Assembly (NCBI GenBank): GCA_046350815.1
Contig: JAXLZO010000001.1
Span: forward strand, 780,001-812,000
DNA from: Candidatus Saccharimonadota bacterium
GTDB taxonomy: Bacteria > Patescibacteriota > Gracilibacteria > BD1-5 > UBA2023
Reading direction: 5' to 3'
DNA length: 32,000 bases
In this document: one piece after another, positions 29,691 through 32,000 of the stretch
Layout: each line of letters starts with the position of its first letter
How positions within the stretch are numbered: position 1 is the stretch's first letter
The notes under the pieces: model-generated
Seen by the model: the letters and a program-made list of their open reading frames with translations, nothing else
Databases searched by the model: none
What the model was told of the DNA's origin: nothing
Program-made: the position numbers and the translations under genes

Positions 29691-29866
29691 GTTTCATTTC
29701 AAATACTCAATGATAATTTTTGTCTACTTCAGTATAATGTGTCCTGCTTGAAAATCTTCGTCAAAATTGTTTTATAGTACTTAATAAGTTTTAACATTTG
29801 TCCTTCCTCTTCTGTAGGCCAATACAAGGCACAATTTTGCTGCTTTTCATTTGATTTTTCTATTTA

Positions 29867-30166
29867 TTAAATCCAAACAATAATTTTTATGTCATTGCCA
29901 ATTTCAATGTTCTCATTTTTCCTTATTTTAGCTTTGAGTGGAAGCAAATAAGTTTTGTGTTTAGTGTCAAACCATATTGCTGTTTCCCATTCGCTATTTC
30001 CAATTTTTGCTGTTGCTTTCAGTCGTCCCCAACCTTCTTCCTGCCATTTCAAATTTTCTCTAATTTCCGTTGATATTTCAATCGGAAGTGAAACGAAGTG
30101 CCAACCGCTTGGCGATGAATATTGCCAAGTCTTTGCTGAAAATTCATATTTTATTTTTCCATTCAT
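29867..30166 (-). CDS. DUF1905 (YdeI-like) family protein (99 aa; the longest ORF starts at 30217)
   Basis: MNGKIKYEFSAKTWQYSSPSGWHFVSLP..GWGRLKATAKIGNSEWETAIWFD..YLLPLKAKIRK. No TGA codons. The gene and its flanks look visibly more AT-rich than neighbouring genes. Confidence 0.7.
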   Translation of the reverse strand: MNGKIKYEFSAKTWQYSSPSGWHFVSLPIEISTEIRENLKWQEEGWGRLKATAKIGNSEWETAIWFDTKHKTYLLPLKAKIRKNENIEIGNDIKIIVWI

Positions 30167-30284
30167 TTGTCTGTTTTCTGTGTCCGTTCTACAATGACCG
30201 CTAACATGTAAATTCACGCAATGATTATCTTGTTTTTCCTTGCAGAGTCTATATTATTCGTCTAATATATTTCTATATGAAGTT

Positions 30285-31130
30285 ATGCGAATATATAAGA
30301 CTCAAAAAGAATCTGTATGAGCTTTTTGAGATTGGCTCACTCTCAAAAGATATTCTCCAAAAACACACAAAACATATTTGAGTGTACTCAATATGTTTCT
30401 GAAAGAAATATCTATAACAATATCAAAGATACAAAGAAATGATATTGAGGAGTATTTGCAACATAAAATCCAAAATGGACTCTCAGTATCGAGGCATAAG
30501 CAATTAACCTGAGTATTGAAGTTATTTTTTTCTCGTTTTTTAGAAAGACAAGATATTATCTGGGATGAAATGTATCCAGAAAAATGAGAAACCAAGCTCC
30601 CAAATATTCTCTCAAAGTCAGAAGTAAAAAAACTTCTCGATACACTCAATAACGTCAAGCATAAAACTATCCTTACGCTGATATATGCCACATGAATGAG
30701 ACTCTCTGAATGTGTGAATCTTCAAATTGGTGATATTGATTCAAAAAGAATGACCATCAAGATCCGACAAGCCAAAGGAAAGAAAGATCGATATGTGCCA
30801 CTTTCCCCAAAGCTTCTCGATCTTCTGAGAGTGTATTATCGGGAATATCATCCAAAACAATATGTATTTGAATGATGAGAATGATGAATCTACTCGGAAC
30901 GAAGTGTGCAACAAATTATGAGGCAAGCATTGAACCGAGCATTGATTACCAAAAAAGCATCGGTGCACACACTCCGTCATAGCTATGCGACACACCTTCT
31001 GGAGGATGGGGTAGACGTACGCATTATCCAAGAATTTCTGGGGCATAGCCATATACGAACGACCCAAATATACACCCATATTAGCACTCCAATTCTCTCA
31101 AAGATAAAAAGCCCACTGGATGATTTATAG
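30285..31130 (+). CDS. tyrosine-type site-specific recombinase/integrase (281 aa)
   Basis: Frame 3 from ATG 30285 through 9 in-frame TGA to TAG 31128-31130. N-terminal SAM-like domain. Catalytic region reads [50 protein letters not shown]. Confidence 0.88.
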
Positions 31131-31229
31131 ATGTTGTATGATAATTGATTTTCTAAAAAATAAATTCAATATACGTCAAGTATTATTATTTTCTAGAAAT
31201 GTGAGAATATGGTAGAGTAGAGAAAAAAT

Positions 31230-32000
31230 ATGAATCCTCCCAAACTCGAACATTATGTAAATGATGTCTCCAAAGTCCTCTCTGAGTCAGTGCGCCATGA
31301 GGCAAATGAACGACTCAAGAATCATGACACACAAACAACCGTTCAATCAGTTGTCTATCTCTTTCCTCACCGTCAAGGTCGGGATCTTCTTGATATTGGC
31401 CTCGAGATATTCAATGAAAATGGTATCGGACAAAAAGATACCAACAATGGACTCCTCCTTATCGTTGCAACGGAAGAAAAGAAACTCCGAATAATCACAG
31501 GAAAAGGAATGGAATTCGAATGGAACACTGAGAAATGCAAATATATCGTGGAGCAAATTCTCCGCCCGCTTCTGAATGCTGGAAAATATGATGAGATGGC
31601 GAAAGCTTGGTGTGATTGTGTTGAAAAATGAGATAAATTAGTAATAAAAAAGACGAAAATTATTAAATATGCGAAGCAGCCGAAAACACAAAAACAGTGA
31701 GAAAATTATCTTATGTTAACACTAATAGCGTGCTTTATAGAGATAGTTGCATCTTTCCTTATATGACTATTTTTATATCATGGAATTGCTATATATATAG
31801 TTGCATTATTTCCGACTGTGTTGTGGGGTATTATTTTTCTTTGGTATTTTGTAAGTCAAAAAGAATTTACCCGATTAAAAGTGCTTTGAATACTATATGT
31901 ATTGTTATCAGCTCCATGGGTTTATTTTTTATGATCAGAATATCTTGATTTCTCGGCACATTGCGTTCAAGAGGAAAAATGCTTGAACACGGATGGGATA
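31230..32000 (+). CDS. TPM-domain (YgcG-like) protein with C-terminal TM segments, 3' partial
   Basis: ATG 31230, then VNDVSKVLS..QSVVYLFP..NNGLLLIVATEEKKLRIITGKGME. The frame continues through 5 in-frame TGA into hydrophobic segments and is still open at the window end. Confidence 0.7.

Noticed and set aside
29700-29866. Short minus-strand ORF downstream of DUF1905 (..ALYWPTEEEGQMLKLIKYYKTILTKIFKQDTLY, ending at TGA)
   Set aside because: It has no ATG near its 5' end, no SD and no recognisable family, and its terminus depends on the UGA ambiguity. The evidence is insufficient.
29710-31146. 9-bp direct repeat ATGATAATT (29710-29718 and 31138-31146) as att sites flanking DUF1905 and the integrase
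   Set aside because: A 9-mer of A and T in AT-rich DNA is expected by chance at roughly this frequency. There is no supporting longer identity.
1-32000. In-frame TGA read as selenocysteine, as Trp (table 4) or as pseudogenisation
   Set aside because: Well over 100 in-frame TGA codons occur across about 25 genes, which is far too many for Sec or decay. The codons sit at invariant Gly positions in FtsZ, AtpA, AtpG and others, and TGG is still used for Trp.

Overview
The window comes from a bacterium that reads UGA as glycine (translation table 25, as in Gracilibacteria/Absconditabacteria-type Candidate Phyla Radiation lineages). The supplied standard-code ORF track therefore splits almost every real gene at in-frame TGA. 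I rejoined the fragments by frame.

Genes in order after rejoining:
- An SD-led orphan ORF, then ilvE.
- An intact IS1595-family insertion sequence with a 7-bp target duplication.
- A 1080-aa surface protein with Ig-like and cadherin-like regions.
- A minus-strand operon: small anchored protein, FecR-domain protein, small Doc/Fic-like protein.
- A CHASE2 class III adenylate cyclase.
- Three small SD-led membrane ORFs.
- A solitary rplA, then ftsA-ftsZ.
- atpB-E-F-H-A-G, with no atpD or atpC following.
- A PrsW-like protease.
- A 666-aa secreted protein built from novel two-cysteine '..C.WNG' modules, including a perfect 222-bp tandem duplication.
- A hypothetical protein, tRNA-Leu(CAA) and rlmE.
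- A DHH/NrnA-like phosphoesterase, a YmdB-like phosphoesterase and a GT4 glycosyltransferase.
- A small AT-rich islet (DUF1905 gene plus tyrosine recombinase) next to a GC-rich inverted-repeat element.
- A partial TPM-domain protein at the window end.

Non-coding content: four intergenic clusters of mosaic palindromic repeat modules that share an identical 28-nt hairpin, plus many clean hairpin terminators.

Most unusual observations:
- The recoding itself.
- Three orphan ORFs with strong Shine-Dalgarno sites whose only possible stop is UGA placed just before an intrinsic terminator.
- The Cys-pair repeat protein.
- The repeat-module family.
- The FecR/Doc-like operon.

No CRISPR array, rRNA or recognisable defence system was found.
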